DNA of 33,158 nt from a virus: IMG/VR virus record IMGVR_UViG_3300029675_000033; one strand, given 5' to 3'. The notes under the pieces are model-generated. The model did no database searches. It saw nothing but the letters and a program-made list of their open reading frames with translations, and was not told where the DNA came from. Numbering within the stretch: the stretch's first letter is position 1; every line of letters begins with the position of its first letter. The position numbers and the translations under genes were made by a program. Below, one piece after another: positions 23,054-33,080 of the stretch.

Positions 23054-23472
23054 GCAACAAAAAATGCGGTATCGACAGAATTGGCGAAACTATATCTCGT
23101 GAAGTTGCAGGATATACAGCAGACATACAAATGGGCGTAATACAACTTGTTGATACTAAAGCAGATGAGCTTAAAGAAGCAATTAAAAAAGCGGCACCTG
23201 TTGGCAAAAGAAAAAAATATCGCAGATCGTTCAAAGTAAAAGTTACAAACGAACTTAATGCTTACTATGAAAAGACGGTCTTTGCCTCAGGCAAAGAATA
23301 CAGGCTTACACACTTGCTCGAAAAACCTCACGCAAGCAGAAAAGGCGGAACTGTAATGCCAAAAGTGCACATTGCTCCTGCAAGCGAGCAAATTCACAAA
23401 GAATTTGAAAACGAAGTTAAAAAACTAATTCTCTCTTCAAAGGCAATGGGTGGAGGAATCAAAAGAAAATAA
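23050..23472 (+). CDS. HK97 gp10-like tail component
   Basis: 140 aa. ..IKKAAPVGKRKKYRRSFKVK... and the position upstream of the major tail gene fit this family. Confidence 0.5.
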   Translation: MSNKKCGIDRIGETISREVAGYTADIQMGVIQLVDTKADELKEAIKKAAPVGKRKKYRRSFKVKVTNELNAYYEKTVFASGKEYRLTHLLEKPHASRKGGTVMPKVHIAPASEQIHKEFENEVKKLILSSKAMGGGIKRK

Positions 23473-23488
23473 CAAAGGAGATTATCTT

Positions 23489-24055
23489 ATGAACAAAACA
23501 ATCGCAAAAGTAGGCTATGCTATGCTTACAGAAACCACAGAAGGCAAAATTACATATGGCGAGGTTAAATGGTTTAAGTCCGACAAAGCAGGCGGCAGAA
23601 CAGTCGGTGCAGAGCCAAGTGGTGAATCAACTACCGTATATGCAGACGGTTTGCCTGTTATAGTTGCAAATAACAATGCAGGCTACAACATCAGTCTTGA
23701 GCTTATTGCTATCGTTGATGACATTGAAAAGGACTGGTACGGCAATGCTGAGGCAACCGAAGGTGGATTTATCGAAAAAGGCGGAATCAGCGTATTGCCT
23801 CGCTTTGCTTTGCTTGTTGCTAAAGAGCGTTATGACAGCGACAAACTCTATGAAATTGACACATACTTCGACTGCGTTGCATCTACAAGAGCCACACGCA
23901 ACGATAAGACATCAGAGGGTAACTTTGATCCGCAGTTTCCGACATTTACAATCACTTCAAAACCACGCCCGGACAATGATTTTGTAAGATATACTTCGTA
24001 CGAAGACACATTGCCGACAGCAGTTGTAACACCGACAGTTAAAGGAGCAGAATAA
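23489..24055 (+). CDS. Major tail protein (phi13/TP901-type)
   Basis: The start was set at ATG 23489 (AAAGGAG RBS). 188 aa. The gene lies immediately upstream of the tail chaperone pair and the tape measure gene. Confidence 0.65.
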   Translation: MNKTIAKVGYAMLTETTEGKITYGEVKWFKSDKAGGRTVGAEPSGESTTVYADGLPVIVANNNAGYNISLELIAIVDDIEKDWYGNAEATEGGFIEKGGISVLPRFALLVAKERYDSDKLYEIDTYFDCVASTRATRNDKTSEGNFDPQFPTFTITSKPRPDNDFVRYTSYEDTLPTAVVTPTVKGAE

Positions 24056-24384
24056 TGGACAAAACGCTTACAATCGGTGACAGGAAGCTCGAAGTTGAAG
24101 TAACAGCATATACTATGCTTATCTACGAAGATAATTTTAAAGGGCACAGCTTTCTCAAAGATGTAGATATGTTGACAGCTAATCCAAATAAAGTACAGTA
24201 CAGCTCAACTGTGCGCATTTTATGGGCAGCGGCTAAATCTGCAGACGATACAATAAAACCAATCAAAGAATTTTCAAAGCAGTATAGCATTGGAGAAGTA
24301 ATATCAACAGCACAGCCCCTTGTTGACCTCATTGTAGAATCACTGAAAACCAGCTCAAAAAAAGCAACAGCGGCAGCAGTCTGA
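24055..24384 (+). CDS. Tail assembly chaperone (gpG-like)
   Basis: 109 aa, located between the major tail and tape measure genes. It contains the slippery heptamer A AAA AAA near its 3' end. Confidence 0.75.
   Translation: MDKTLTIGDRKLEVEVTAYTMLIYEDNFKGHSFLKDVDMLTANPNKVQYSSTVRILWAAAKSADDTIKPIKEFSKQYSIGEVISTAQPLVDLIVESLKTSSKKATAAAV
24357..24363 (+). promoter_or_regulatory. -1 programmed ribosomal frameshift site (A AAA AAA)
   Basis: The zero-frame codons are tcA AAA AAA gca. A -1 slip continues agc aac agc ggc agc agt ctg aga gta caa atg... with no stop codon, directly into the 24393-24674 ORF frame. Confidence 0.7.
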
Positions 24385-24674
24385 GAGTACAAATGACGGC
24401 ACAGGAGATTTTATCCTATGCCGTCAAATGCGGTCTGACTGTCGCTGACATAAAAATTTTTTCGATTGGTTTTATTTTAGATTACATTGATACTTACTAC
24501 AAGCTCAAAAACAATCAGAACATACACGCTGATGAAGAAAAATACTTGAAACTTAAATCAGTGTTGCCGTTCGTTGAAGAAAAATACAACAGCGGAAATA
24601 TTACTTATCAGCAATATTCTGAATGGATGAGTGATTACAAAAGATTGGAGGATATATATGGCGTCAACTATTAA
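24363..24674 (+). CDS. gpT-like extension of the tail chaperone (expressed as a G-T fusion, 24055-24363 plus 24363-24674, by -1 frameshift)
   Basis: The frame is -1 relative to the gpG-like ORF and stays open from the slip site. The ORF-track ATG at 24393 has no convincing RBS of its own. Confidence 0.65.
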   Translation, partial: SNSGSSLRVQMTAQEILSYAVKCGLTVADIKIFSIGFILDYIDTYYKLKNNQNIHADEEKYLKLKSVLPFVEEKYNSGNITYQQYSEWMSDYKRLEDIYGVNY

Positions 24675-27600
24675 AGGTATTACAGTTAAAATTGCAGGCG
24701 AAACAACGGACTTGCAAAAAGCGTTGAAGAATATACAATCCTCTTCACGTTCATTACAGAGCGAGCTAAAAACAATTAACAATCAGCTTAAATTTGATCC
24801 GGATAATACAGTTCTGCTGGCACAAAAGCAAGATGTTTTGCGTGAGCAGATTGATAACAGCACCAATGCACTTAAAGAACTTGTTGATGTTGAAGAACAA
24901 GTAAAAGAGCAGGCTAAAAACGGCGAAATTTCAACAGACCAATTCCGAGCATATCAGCGTGAAGTTGAAAAAACAAAAAGTCAGCTTGAAAACTTTGAAA
25001 AGCAGCTTGCCGATACAGAGGCGACAGCAAAAGCGGTCAATATGAAATCGCTTGAGGGCGAAATGAGCGATGTCAGAACAGAAACAAGCAAAACAACTGA
25101 CAGCTTTAAAGAACTTGAAGACAAAAGCAACAATACCAACTTAAGCAAATTCAAAAAAGAAGTTGACGATGTAAAAACATCTGCAACTGAGCTTAAAGAT
25201 GTTCTTGCCGACACAGCAGCTGGAATAGGTGCTGCTTTAGGTGCTGTGGGTGGTTCTGCAATAGCAGCAATAACAAGTGCTAACAGCGAAAAAAAGGCGC
25301 TCAATTCATTACAAGCTCAAACAGGTTTGACAAAAGATGAATTATTAAAATATAAAAGCGTAATCAATGATATTTATAAAAACAACTTCGGCGAATCACA
25401 AGAAGAAATAGCTGATACACTTGCTAAAATTAAACAGTTTACCGGCGAAACAGATCCAGGCAAAATGAAAGAACTTGCAGAAAATCTATATACTTTACAA
25501 GACACATTTGGTTATGATATACCAGAATCGTTAAGAGCAGTTAATATGCTTATGGAACAGTTTGGAATATCATCAATTGAGGCTTTTAATCTTGTAGTTC
25601 AGGGGTCACAGCGTGGGCTTGATAAAAACGGTGATTTTCTTGACACTCTTAATGAATATTCCGTGCATTATCAGCAAATGGGTTACAATGCAAACGAATT
25701 TATTAACTCACTTGCAAACGGCACCGCAGCGGGTACATTCAGTGTTGATAAACTCGGTGATGCAATGAAAGAGTTTGGAATCAGAGTTAAAGACACTTCT
25801 ACATCAACCCAAGAAGGCTTTAACCTACTTGGATATGGAGTTAAAGCATCAGCAGAAGAAATACAGAAAGCAAAAGATGAAATAGCTAAACTTGAGCAAA
25901 ATCTATCGTATGCAAAAGCTGAACAAGCTGGATTTAACGAAAAAACAAGTGAATTAACAAAGCAAAAGAACGCAGACAAAATAGCAGAATACAGTTCAGC
26001 TCTTGAAACAGCAAAAACAAATTTACAAATTTTAGAATCAGCTGGTAATGGTGCAAAAGGCACTATTGAAGAGTTGCAAGCAAAGTTTGCTGCCGGTGGT
26101 GATACTGCGAAAGAAGCAACACAAGAAGTTCTGCAAGAATTGTTTAACATGGATGATAAGATCAAGCAGAATCAAGTGGGTGTAGATTTATTTGGCACGA
26201 TGTGGGAAGACCTTGGTGTCGATGGTGTTAAAGCGTTAATGGAAATCAACGGTACAGCTGATTTAACAAAAGATTCAATGCAAAAAATTAAAGACATCAA
26301 ATACGACGATGTCGAATCCGATTGGGAAGAACTTGGCAGGACGATACAAACTGACATAATAAACCCTATTGGCAAATCCTTATTTCCAGAAGTCAAAAGT
26401 CTTTGTGATTTTACTTCTAAACATACAGATAAAATTATTCCTGTTTTAAAAACTGTCGGCTCTCTTACTGCAGGCATTTGGATAGGCAAGAAAACATCAG
26501 CAGTAATTACAGCTACATCACAGCTTGTTAATTCTTATAAAGTGTTAAAAACAGCTACTGAAGGAGCTGCTTTAGCTCAAGAGGGCTTAAATCTTGCACA
26601 AAAAGCTAATGCTATCGGTGCTGTAGTATCAATAGTGACAACACTCATAGGCACTATCTATGCTTGGAGCGAAGCAAGTCAAGATAACTCACAAAAATTA
26701 GACGAATGGCAAGAGAAAATAGACACTGCAAAAGAAAAAAACAAAGAACTTACAGACAGTTATCAAAATTTTATTGATAAACGAAACGAATCCGTAAATA
26801 AAGCAACAAGCGAAAATCAATATTATGATAACTTATGGGAAGAACTTAAAAAAATAGTTGATGAAAACGGTAAAGTAAATGAGGGCTACGAAGACAGAGC
26901 AAAATTCATCACTACAAAGCTTGGGGATTTAACCGGAACAGAAATAACATTGAATGACAATGTTATAGAAAACTACAAAGAACTTAGAGACACTATTCAG
27001 GAAGTTATCGACAAGAAAAAAGCTAACAATATTCTATCTGCATATGAATCAAATTACAATGAAGCTGTTACAAACAAAAGCGAAGCACAAAATAATGTAG
27101 AAAGTGCTCAAGCAGCTTATGAAAGTGCTCAAAGGGGTACATCAAAAGTACAAACTAAATACAATAAAGATGTAATAGAGTTAATGACTTTAGAGCAACA
27201 GCTAAAAAGAGCAAAAGAAAAAGGACCTATAATGTCAAAAATCATTGGTCTTAGCGCTAAAGTTGATCAAGGCAAAAAAGAATTAGATTCAGCAAAAAAT
27301 TTTGAACAAGAAAAAAAGAAAGAGTTAGAAACTTCAAAGAAGACTTTGCAAGAATATCTTACAACTATAGATAATTACGAAAATCTACAAACTGCAATTT
27401 TAAATGAAAATGAAGAAAATACTTCAGATGCACTAAGAAAAATTCAAAATGATTTTATAACTGCAAAATCTGGAACAGAAGAAACACTTAAGCAACAATG
27501 CGTAAACTATCGTATGAGATTTACTGAAATTCAACAAGCAATTGCAGAAGGAAAAACAGATTACTATACTGCTGACGATCTTACTAATATGCAATTACTT

Positions 27601-28398
27601 TTACAAGCAGCAGAAGATGAATATAATAAATATTGTCAAAATTCGCTTGAAACAGGAGAAAAAGCAACGAGTAATGTAGCTGATGGTATTGATAAAAATT
27701 CTGTAACAGTATATGAATCAGCCAATAAAGTATCAAAAAAAGGTTCGTCCGGTTTTGCAAGTGACCAACATGAAAGAGTCAAAATAGGCAGCAAAAGTGT
27801 TAACGATTACGCATCAGGTATTGACGAAAACAGTGGCGTTGCAAGAGAAGCTGGAGTAAGAATTGGTAAAAGCACTCGCAGTGGTGTTAGAAGTATATCT
27901 TTGTTCAACACAGGTAATAATTTTGTTCAAGGTTTTATTAATGGTATTTCGTTGGGCGATGCTATTAAGAATGTATGGAGCACAGCTACAGGCATAGGCG
28001 GACTTGCACTTGGTGCAGTTAAAAAAATTCTTGGCATTAATTCTCCGTCGAGAGAGGCTAAAAAAATAGGCAGTTATTTTACAGAAGGTTTAGTAATAGG
28101 TATCAATGACAATAAAAACAAAGTAAAACTAAGCACAGAAAATCTTGCAAGTTCTATGCTTGGTAGCTTTGATTTTAACGAAACAGTCGGCTATATTAAT
28201 GTGCTGAATGATAAGTTCAATAACATTAAAAGTTTAGACCATACCGCATCAAGTACAACAAATAAAGTTATCACAAATGCTCCAAGAGTTGCTCTGAACT
28301 ATTATGGAAATGTCAACATAAATAATGATTTAGATATTGACGACTTCAACGAGCGTGTTTCTCACGCAGTTATAGATACTCTGAACCAAGAATGTTAA
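24658..28398 (+). CDS. Tail tape measure protein
   Basis: 1246 aa with long coiled-coil segments and hydrophobic central segments (AAGIGAALGAVGGSAIAAI; AIGAVVSIVTTLIGTIYAW). It sits after the chaperones. The start was set at ATG 24658 (GGAGG RBS). Confidence 0.9.
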   Translation: MASTIKGITVKIAGETTDLQKALKNIQSSSRSLQSELKTINNQLKFDPDNTVLLAQKQDVLREQIDNSTNALKELVDVEEQVKEQAKNGEISTDQFRAYQREVEKTKSQLENFEKQLADTEATAKAVNMKSLEGEMSDVRTETSKTTDSFKELEDKSNNTNLSKFKKEVDDVKTSATELKDVLADTAAGIGAALGAVGGSAIAAITSANSEKKALNSLQAQTGLTKDELLKYKSVINDIYKNNFGESQEEIADTLAKIKQFTGETDPGKMKELAENLYTLQDTFGYDIPESLRAVNMLMEQFGISSIEAFNLVVQGSQRGLDKNGDFLDTLNEYSVHYQQMGYNANEFINSLANGTAAGTFSVDKLGDAMKEFGIRVKDTSTSTQEGFNLLGYGVKASAEEIQKAKDEIAKLEQNLSYAKAEQAGFNEKTSELTKQKNADKIAEYSSALETAKTNLQILESAGNGAKGTIEELQAKFAAGGDTAKEATQEVLQELFNMDDKIKQNQVGVDLFGTMWEDLGVDGVKALMEINGTADLTKDSMQKIKDIKYDDVESDWEELGRTIQTDIINPIGKSLFPEVKSLCDFTSKHTDKIIPVLKTVGSLTAGIWIGKKTSAVITATSQLVNSYKVLKTATEGAALAQEGLNLAQKANAIGAVVSIVTTLIGTIYAWSEASQDNSQKLDEWQEKIDTAKEKNKELTDSYQNFIDKRNESVNKATSENQYYDNLWEELKKIVDENGKVNEGYEDRAKFITTKLGDLTGTEITLNDNVIENYKELRDTIQEVIDKKKANNILSAYESNYNEAVTNKSEAQNNVESAQAAYESAQRGTSKVQTKYNKDVIELMTLEQQLKRAKEKGPIMSKIIGLSAKVDQGKKELDSAKNFEQEKKKELETSKKTLQEYLTTIDNYENLQTAILNENEENTSDALRKIQNDFITAKSGTEETLKQQCVNYRMRFTEIQQAIAEGKTDYYTADDLTNMQLLLQAAEDEYNKYCQNSLETGEKATSNVADGIDKNSVTVYESANKVSKKGSSGFASDQHERVKIGSKSVNDYASGIDENSGVAREAGVRIGKSTRSGVRSISLFNTGNNFVQGFINGISLGDAIKNVWSTATGIGGLALGAVKKILGINSPSREAKKIGSYFTEGLVIGINDNKNKVKLSTENLASSMLGSFDFNETVGYINVLNDKFNNIKSLDHTASSTTNKVITNAPRVALNYYGNVNINNDLDIDDFNERVSHAVIDTLNQEC

Positions 28399-28411
28399 GG
28401 AGGCGGATTAT

Positions 28412-29179
28412 ATGCACAACTTAGAATACAACGGTACAAGCCTGCGCAAACTCGGATTTTGCATAGCAAATGCACCTTTTTATCATATATCAAACAGAAA
28501 ATTTGAGATAGTTGACATATACGGCAAAGACGGAGGAATAATCGCCGATAACGGTTTCTATGAAAATATTGATGTGTCGTATGAAATAAACAGCTTGCCT
28601 TGGCTTGTTTACAACGATACTCAAAGTTTGATTCGTATGCTTGCAGAAGAATTTGCAAATTTTGACGGCAAATACAAAGAATTGCGAGATACATATAACA
28701 CGGGATATTATGCAAAAGCTATATGCAAAAGCATAGATAAAATAGAATATAAGGCAGACAAATGTGTATCAACTATTCTTAATTTTACAAGACAGCCGTT
28801 TTGGTACAGTGATGAAGGGCAAAAAACAATATCTTTTAGTGCAGCGGCAAACTCTCAAAAAGAAACTGAATTCTATGTTTATAACCCCGAAAAGTTCTCT
28901 GCAGAGCCGTATTTTTGTATTTATCACTCACAAGATTTAACACTTGATGTTAATAATGCACAAATCAAAATAAAGGCTGCTTTTGTTGACAATGAAAATT
29001 TAATTGAACTTGATTCTGAAATGCAATCTGCATTTTGTGGCATAACAGATATGAACGCATACATATCTTGCACAAGCTTTCCTGTTTTTACTTCAGGCTG
29101 GAATAAAATTAAAGTAATTTCAGAAAAGGAAAATGCGTTCAGTAAAATTAATATCATTCCAAGATGGAGGCGATTATAA
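28412..29179 (+). CDS. Distal tail protein (Dit)
   Basis: 255 aa, directly after the tape measure gene. The size and position are typical of siphovirus Dit proteins. Confidence 0.7.
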   Translation: MHNLEYNGTSLRKLGFCIANAPFYHISNRKFEIVDIYGKDGGIIADNGFYENIDVSYEINSLPWLVYNDTQSLIRMLAEEFANFDGKYKELRDTYNTGYYAKAICKSIDKIEYKADKCVSTILNFTRQPFWYSDEGQKTISFSAAANSQKETEFYVYNPEKFSAEPYFCIYHSQDLTLDVNNAQIKIKAAFVDNENLIELDSEMQSAFCGITDMNAYISCTSFPVFTSGWNKIKVISEKENAFSKINIIPRWRRL

Positions 29180-30300
29180 TGTTTCCTCTGCTGTATGATA
29201 ACGCTCAAAATTCAACAAATGCTTTCGACTATAACGGCTATGGCTTTATTACAGAATGCACAGAATTTAAAGTTACAGAAGAACGAAACGGAGCGTATAC
29301 ATTTCAAGCGAAAATCAAAGGCACTGACAGATTGATTGATAAGATTAAAAACGGAGCGTACATAAAAGCAAAAGCAAACTCGCATGACAATCCTCAACTC
29401 TTTTACATCGAGAAAATCGAAGTTGATAAATACGGAGATATGACAATTTCAGGAAGTCACATATCACGATTATTCTTCCAAAACGGTACAGTTCCGATGT
29501 ATTATAACTATTCAGAAGTGGATTCCCCATCAGCAATTATGTCAAATCTTCAATATGAAGTATGGTACTCAGATGCACCATACAGTTGGTTTAATTTCTC
29601 ATCTAATATTGGAGTCAAAAAAGAATTTTCACTCGGGTTTAACTCGGCAGAAACATTTGAGAATATTTTACTTAACGAAGAAAACGGATTGACGGCAGTA
29701 TTTAAAGCAGAATTGCTCTGTGATAACTTCAACATCAATTTATTGTTAAAACGAGGCACAGATACTCACCGTATTGCATTTGGCTCTAATATATCTGAAT
29801 TTAAACAAGTTAATTCGATTAATGAATATTACACGCACATCATGCCATACGCAGAATGCGAAACAGCAGACGGCAAAAAAGTAACAGTTACAGCTACTGA
29901 ACCTTACCTTACAAATCTAAATGCGACTTTAAAGAAAACATATCTGTTCGATTGTTCAAGTAAAATAACAAGAACTAAAGTCGATCCACAGACTGGTTAT
30001 AACTTCAGCGAAGTAAGAACTATGCTTGAAGACGCAGTTAAAGAATATTTACAAGATGCAGAACAAATAGCTGAATATGTAAATATAACAGTCACTCTTG
30101 AATCTGAACTTGAGGCGCTGAAAAATTGCAGCCTATGTGACAAAGTGGCAATAATTAATAAAGATGGTTCAGAAATTGAAAGCAAAATCACAAAAACAGT
30201 ATATGACAGCATTAGCGAAAAATACACAGAAATCGGCATAGGAGAAGTTAATCTCAAGATGTCTGATTTTTTAAAAATCAAAAGGAGATTTAGAAGATAA
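29179..30300 (+). CDS. Tail-associated protein (Tal/prophage tail endopeptidase N-terminal type)
   Basis: 373 aa, after Dit. ATG 29179 overlaps the Dit stop codon (ATAATG), and a GGAGG RBS is present. Confidence 0.65.
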   Translation: MFPLLYDNAQNSTNAFDYNGYGFITECTEFKVTEERNGAYTFQAKIKGTDRLIDKIKNGAYIKAKANSHDNPQLFYIEKIEVDKYGDMTISGSHISRLFFQNGTVPMYYNYSEVDSPSAIMSNLQYEVWYSDAPYSWFNFSSNIGVKKEFSLGFNSAETFENILLNEENGLTAVFKAELLCDNFNINLLLKRGTDTHRIAFGSNISEFKQVNSINEYYTHIMPYAECETADGKKVTVTATEPYLTNLNATLKKTYLFDCSSKITRTKVDPQTGYNFSEVRTMLEDAVKEYLQDAEQIAEYVNITVTLESELEALKNCSLCDKVAIINKDGSEIESKITKTVYDSISEKYTEIGIGEVNLKMSDFLKIKRRFRR

Positions 30301-31391
30301 TGGAACTTAAACATATTCCTGCTACAATTGACATCAACAGTCGCAACGAGCAGCGAATTGCAGGTATTGTCAATATTAATGACAAAAAGACAAGATATCT
30401 TGATGTAACGATAATTGCAAGTGGAGAAAAACTCGATATAAGCGGTTGCACAGTTACTGCGATTTTTGTTATTGATGATGTTTTAGTCAATAATGCAGTT
30501 GATTGCACAGTCACAAACAATATAGTTACTATTCCACTTGAGAATTTCAATGGCAGATATGGATATCTCAGCATAGAACTTAACATTGTAAAAGACGGAA
30601 CAGTGATTGTAAATACACCTATTCCGCTCAAGATTCAAGTGACTTCTTCTATCGCTGATAGCGCTAAAATTTCAGAGAAAACATATGGAACTATCGCTGA
30701 AACAGTTAAAGAAGTGTATGACGCTCGTGGAACATATGAGAATTTGAGCAATAGACTTGCTGGCATTGATAATGAAATAACAGAACTTGATGAAAGCGTA
30801 AGTTTAAAGGTTAATCTCAAGGCGGATAAGGCGACAACCTTGGAAGGGTATGGCATTGAGGACGCATATACAAAAACATATGTGTCCAAGGCGCTTAGCT
30901 ATAAGCTTGACAAAAAGCCATTCGATACGGAACCAAAATATAATAGTCCTAATTATATTACAAGCGGCACTGTGTATAACAGTGTTAATTCGCTTAGGCA
31001 GACCGTTGTGCAGAACAAAGCCGATATAGAAAAATCGCTTGCAAACAAATATGATGCGGCGAATAACGAAATCGGTTCGGGAGAATTATCTCCGGCGCAG
31101 ACAATTTATGAGGGCAGTGAGGGAAACTTCGTTTACGCAAAGAACGGCAACACAGTTACTGTGTCTGTAAATATTACAAGTATGTCGGCGGATAGAAACT
31201 ATTTGCAAATGGTGGGTTTGCCGTTCCCGTCAAAAACAGAAAGTAAACTTGCAAGTATTGCCGTATATTCTACAAAGAATAAATTGCGTAATGTGAGAAT
31301 AGACGGTTCGTGGATTTACATAAGTTCACCGTCCGATAAATTTGCAGAGGATGAAAAAATGAATTTCATTATTACATACATAATCAAATAA
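30300..31391 (+). CDS. BppU-like baseplate/receptor-binding (tail fibre) protein
   Basis: The N-terminus IDINSRNEQRIAGIVNINDKKTRYLDVTIIASGEKLDISGCTVTAIF...VTIPLENF...YLSIELNI fits the BppU_N/DUF2479 pattern. A central coiled coil and a distinct C-terminal domain follow. Confidence 0.65.
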   Translation: MELKHIPATIDINSRNEQRIAGIVNINDKKTRYLDVTIIASGEKLDISGCTVTAIFVIDDVLVNNAVDCTVTNNIVTIPLENFNGRYGYLSIELNIVKDGTVIVNTPIPLKIQVTSSIADSAKISEKTYGTIAETVKEVYDARGTYENLSNRLAGIDNEITELDESVSLKVNLKADKATTLEGYGIEDAYTKTYVSKALSYKLDKKPFDTEPKYNSPNYITSGTVYNSVNSLRQTVVQNKADIEKSLANKYDAANNEIGSGELSPAQTIYEGSEGNFVYAKNGNTVTVSVNITSMSADRNYLQMVGLPFPSKTESKLASIAVYSTKNKLRNVRIDGSWIYISSPSDKFAEDEKMNFIITYIIK

Positions 31392-31404
31392 GGAGCGAAT
31401 CACT

Positions 31405-31617
31405 ATGGAAATCAAAGAAAAAATCACGCTTGATATGCTTACAAAGGACAGCGTGAGTGTGTTAAGACAGAAGTTTGTTGTTATCGACGGCACAGAAATG
31501 CAGGTCGGAGAGAATGTCCGCAACGCATATATGAATTGTGAAAACGACAGAGAAATACTTAAAGCCGAGCTTTCAGAGGAATATTATAACGCCGTTATGG
31601 CTGTATGGGAGGTTTAA
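31405..31617 (+). CDS. Hypothetical protein between the tail and lysis genes
   Basis: 70-aa ORF with an AAGGAG RBS. No family was recognised. Confidence 0.5.
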   Translation: MEIKEKITLDMLTKDSVSVLRQKFVVIDGTEMQVGENVRNAYMNCENDREILKAELSEEYYNAVMAVWEV

Positions 31618-31620
31618 TAT

Positions 31621-32541
31621 ATGTCTTATAAATTTAAAGAAATATGGTGCAATAAAGGTAATTTCACAGAGAGCAACAGAAAATCTTCGGAAATTGATAC
31701 GCTTGTTATTCATTACACCGGCAACAACGGCGACACAGCAGAAAACAACGGTAACTACTTTAAGAATAATGCAGTTGAAACATCTGCACATTATTTTGTT
31801 GATGATACAACTGTTGTTCGCTCGGTTGCTGATAAAAATATTGCTTGGCATGCAGGCGACTGGGATATTAATTGTCGCTCAATCGGAATTGAAATTGCAG
31901 GTTCAACAACAGAATGCACAGGCAAGACACTTGAAAATGTTATCGCACTTACAAAAGGACTTATGAAAAAGTATAACATTTCTAAAGAAAGAGTTATTAG
32001 ACATTATGATGCAAACGGCAAATTATGTCCTGCTTTTTGGTGTGGCTCACAACAGAAAGACAGACTGTTCAGAGAACAGTTTTGGAATAAACTTGGCGAA
32101 AAAGCCGAGGAAAATAAAGAACTTAAAAAGCCAACCTTGACATACAGAGTTTATGCAGATAACAAATGGTATGATGAAATCAAAGGACTCTCAAATATCG
32201 CAGGAAGGAAAAAGCAAGCTATTTCGGCAGTTGCAGTAAAGGTCAGCAAGGGCAACATCAAGTACAGAGTGCATTTGCTTAACGGAGATTGGTTGCCTTG
32301 GGTAACTGATTATGACATTAACGATAATGTCAATGGCTATGCGGGTATCAAAGGAAAGGTTATTGACGGCTTACAGGTTGAGTTTGAGGGAGTCGGCAAT
32401 TATAAAGCTACATATCGTGTACGCAAGCAAGGTCAGAAATTCTTTGATTGGCAGCATAATACAGAAAAAGACAGTAATCAGGATGGCTACGCAGGACTTT
32501 TCGGCGCTAAGATTGACGGTTTGCAGATTACTTTAACTTAA
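31621..32541 (+). CDS. Endolysin: N-acetylmuramoyl-L-alanine amidase (Amidase_2/PGRP) with three C-terminal ~45-aa wall-binding repeats (ChW-like)
   Basis: IDTLVIHYTGNNGDTAENNGNYF....SAHYFVDD..V...V....AWHAG....N..SIGIEIAG is the Amidase_2 core. The repeats start at nt 32140: TYRVYADNKWYDEI..., KYRVHLLNGDWLPWV...GYAGIKGKVIDGLQVEF, and TYRVRKQGQKFFDWQ...GYAGLFGAKIDGLQITL. Confidence 0.85.
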   Translation: MSYKFKEIWCNKGNFTESNRKSSEIDTLVIHYTGNNGDTAENNGNYFKNNAVETSAHYFVDDTTVVRSVADKNIAWHAGDWDINCRSIGIEIAGSTTECTGKTLENVIALTKGLMKKYNISKERVIRHYDANGKLCPAFWCGSQQKDRLFREQFWNKLGEKAEENKELKKPTLTYRVYADNKWYDEIKGLSNIAGRKKQAISAVAVKVSKGNIKYRVHLLNGDWLPWVTDYDINDNVNGYAGIKGKVIDGLQVEFEGVGNYKATYRVRKQGQKFFDWQHNTEKDSNQDGYAGLFGAKIDGLQITLT

Positions 32542-32552
32542 CGAGGTGTAGT

Positions 32553-32822
32553 ATGTCAACAGAAATAATTACATCATTAATCATTGCAAGCAGTAGCATT
32601 ATATGTCAACTTCTCATTAATGCTTCAAATCGTAAAAAGCTCAAAGCAGACAATGAAAGCACTAAATCTCTTATAGTGTATCGGTTAGATCAGCTTGAAC
32701 ATAAGCAAGATAAATATAATCATTTGCAAGAGCGAGTGTTTAATCTTGAAAAAAATTCAGCTGTTATGGACGAAGAAATCAAGGTCGCAAATCACAGAAT
32801 TGCAGACCTTGAGCAAAAATAA
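32553..32822 (+). CDS. Membrane-anchored coiled-coil lysis-cassette protein (XhlA-like or holin accessory)
   Basis: 89 aa with an N-terminal TM helix (IITSLIIASSSIICQLLI) and a C-terminal coiled coil. It lies between the endolysin and holin genes. Confidence 0.5.
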   Translation: MSTEIITSLIIASSSIICQLLINASNRKKLKADNESTKSLIVYRLDQLEHKQDKYNHLQERVFNLEKNSAVMDEEIKVANHRIADLEQK

Positions 32823-32834
32823 GGAGGTAATAAT

Positions 32835-33041
32835 ATGAAAAAAATTACAAATTGGAAATCGTGGGCAAAATGCGCAGGCGTAAGAGCAGTAAAAACCGTT
32901 GCTCAAACTGCAATTTCGGTTATCGGTGTATCTGCAGTGTTAAGCGATGTGAATTGGGTTGCGGTCGCCTCGGCAAGTGCATTGGCTGGTATTTTATCAA
33001 TTCTTACCAGTGTTGCAGGCTTGCCGGAGGTGTCAGAGTAA
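32835..33041 (+). CDS. Holin (phi LC3/LL-H-type small holin)
   Basis: 68 aa. ..CAGVRAVKTVAQTAISVIGVSAVLSDVNWVAVASASALAGILSILTSVAG gives two hydrophobic helices in the pattern of this holin family. A strong AAGGAGG RBS is present. Confidence 0.7.
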   Translation: MKKITNWKSWAKCAGVRAVKTVAQTAISVIGVSAVLSDVNWVAVASASALAGILSILTSVAGLPEVSE

Positions 33042-33080
33042 TAATACATAAGTTTAGCCCCACACTAGCTAAGTAAGAAG

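Noticed and set aside
31538-31966. 142-aa alternate-frame ORF overlapping the endolysin start, and a 74-aa ORF at 32852-33076 overlapping the holin gene.
   Set aside because: They are out of frame with clearly recognisable amidase and holin genes, and no initiation signals are present.
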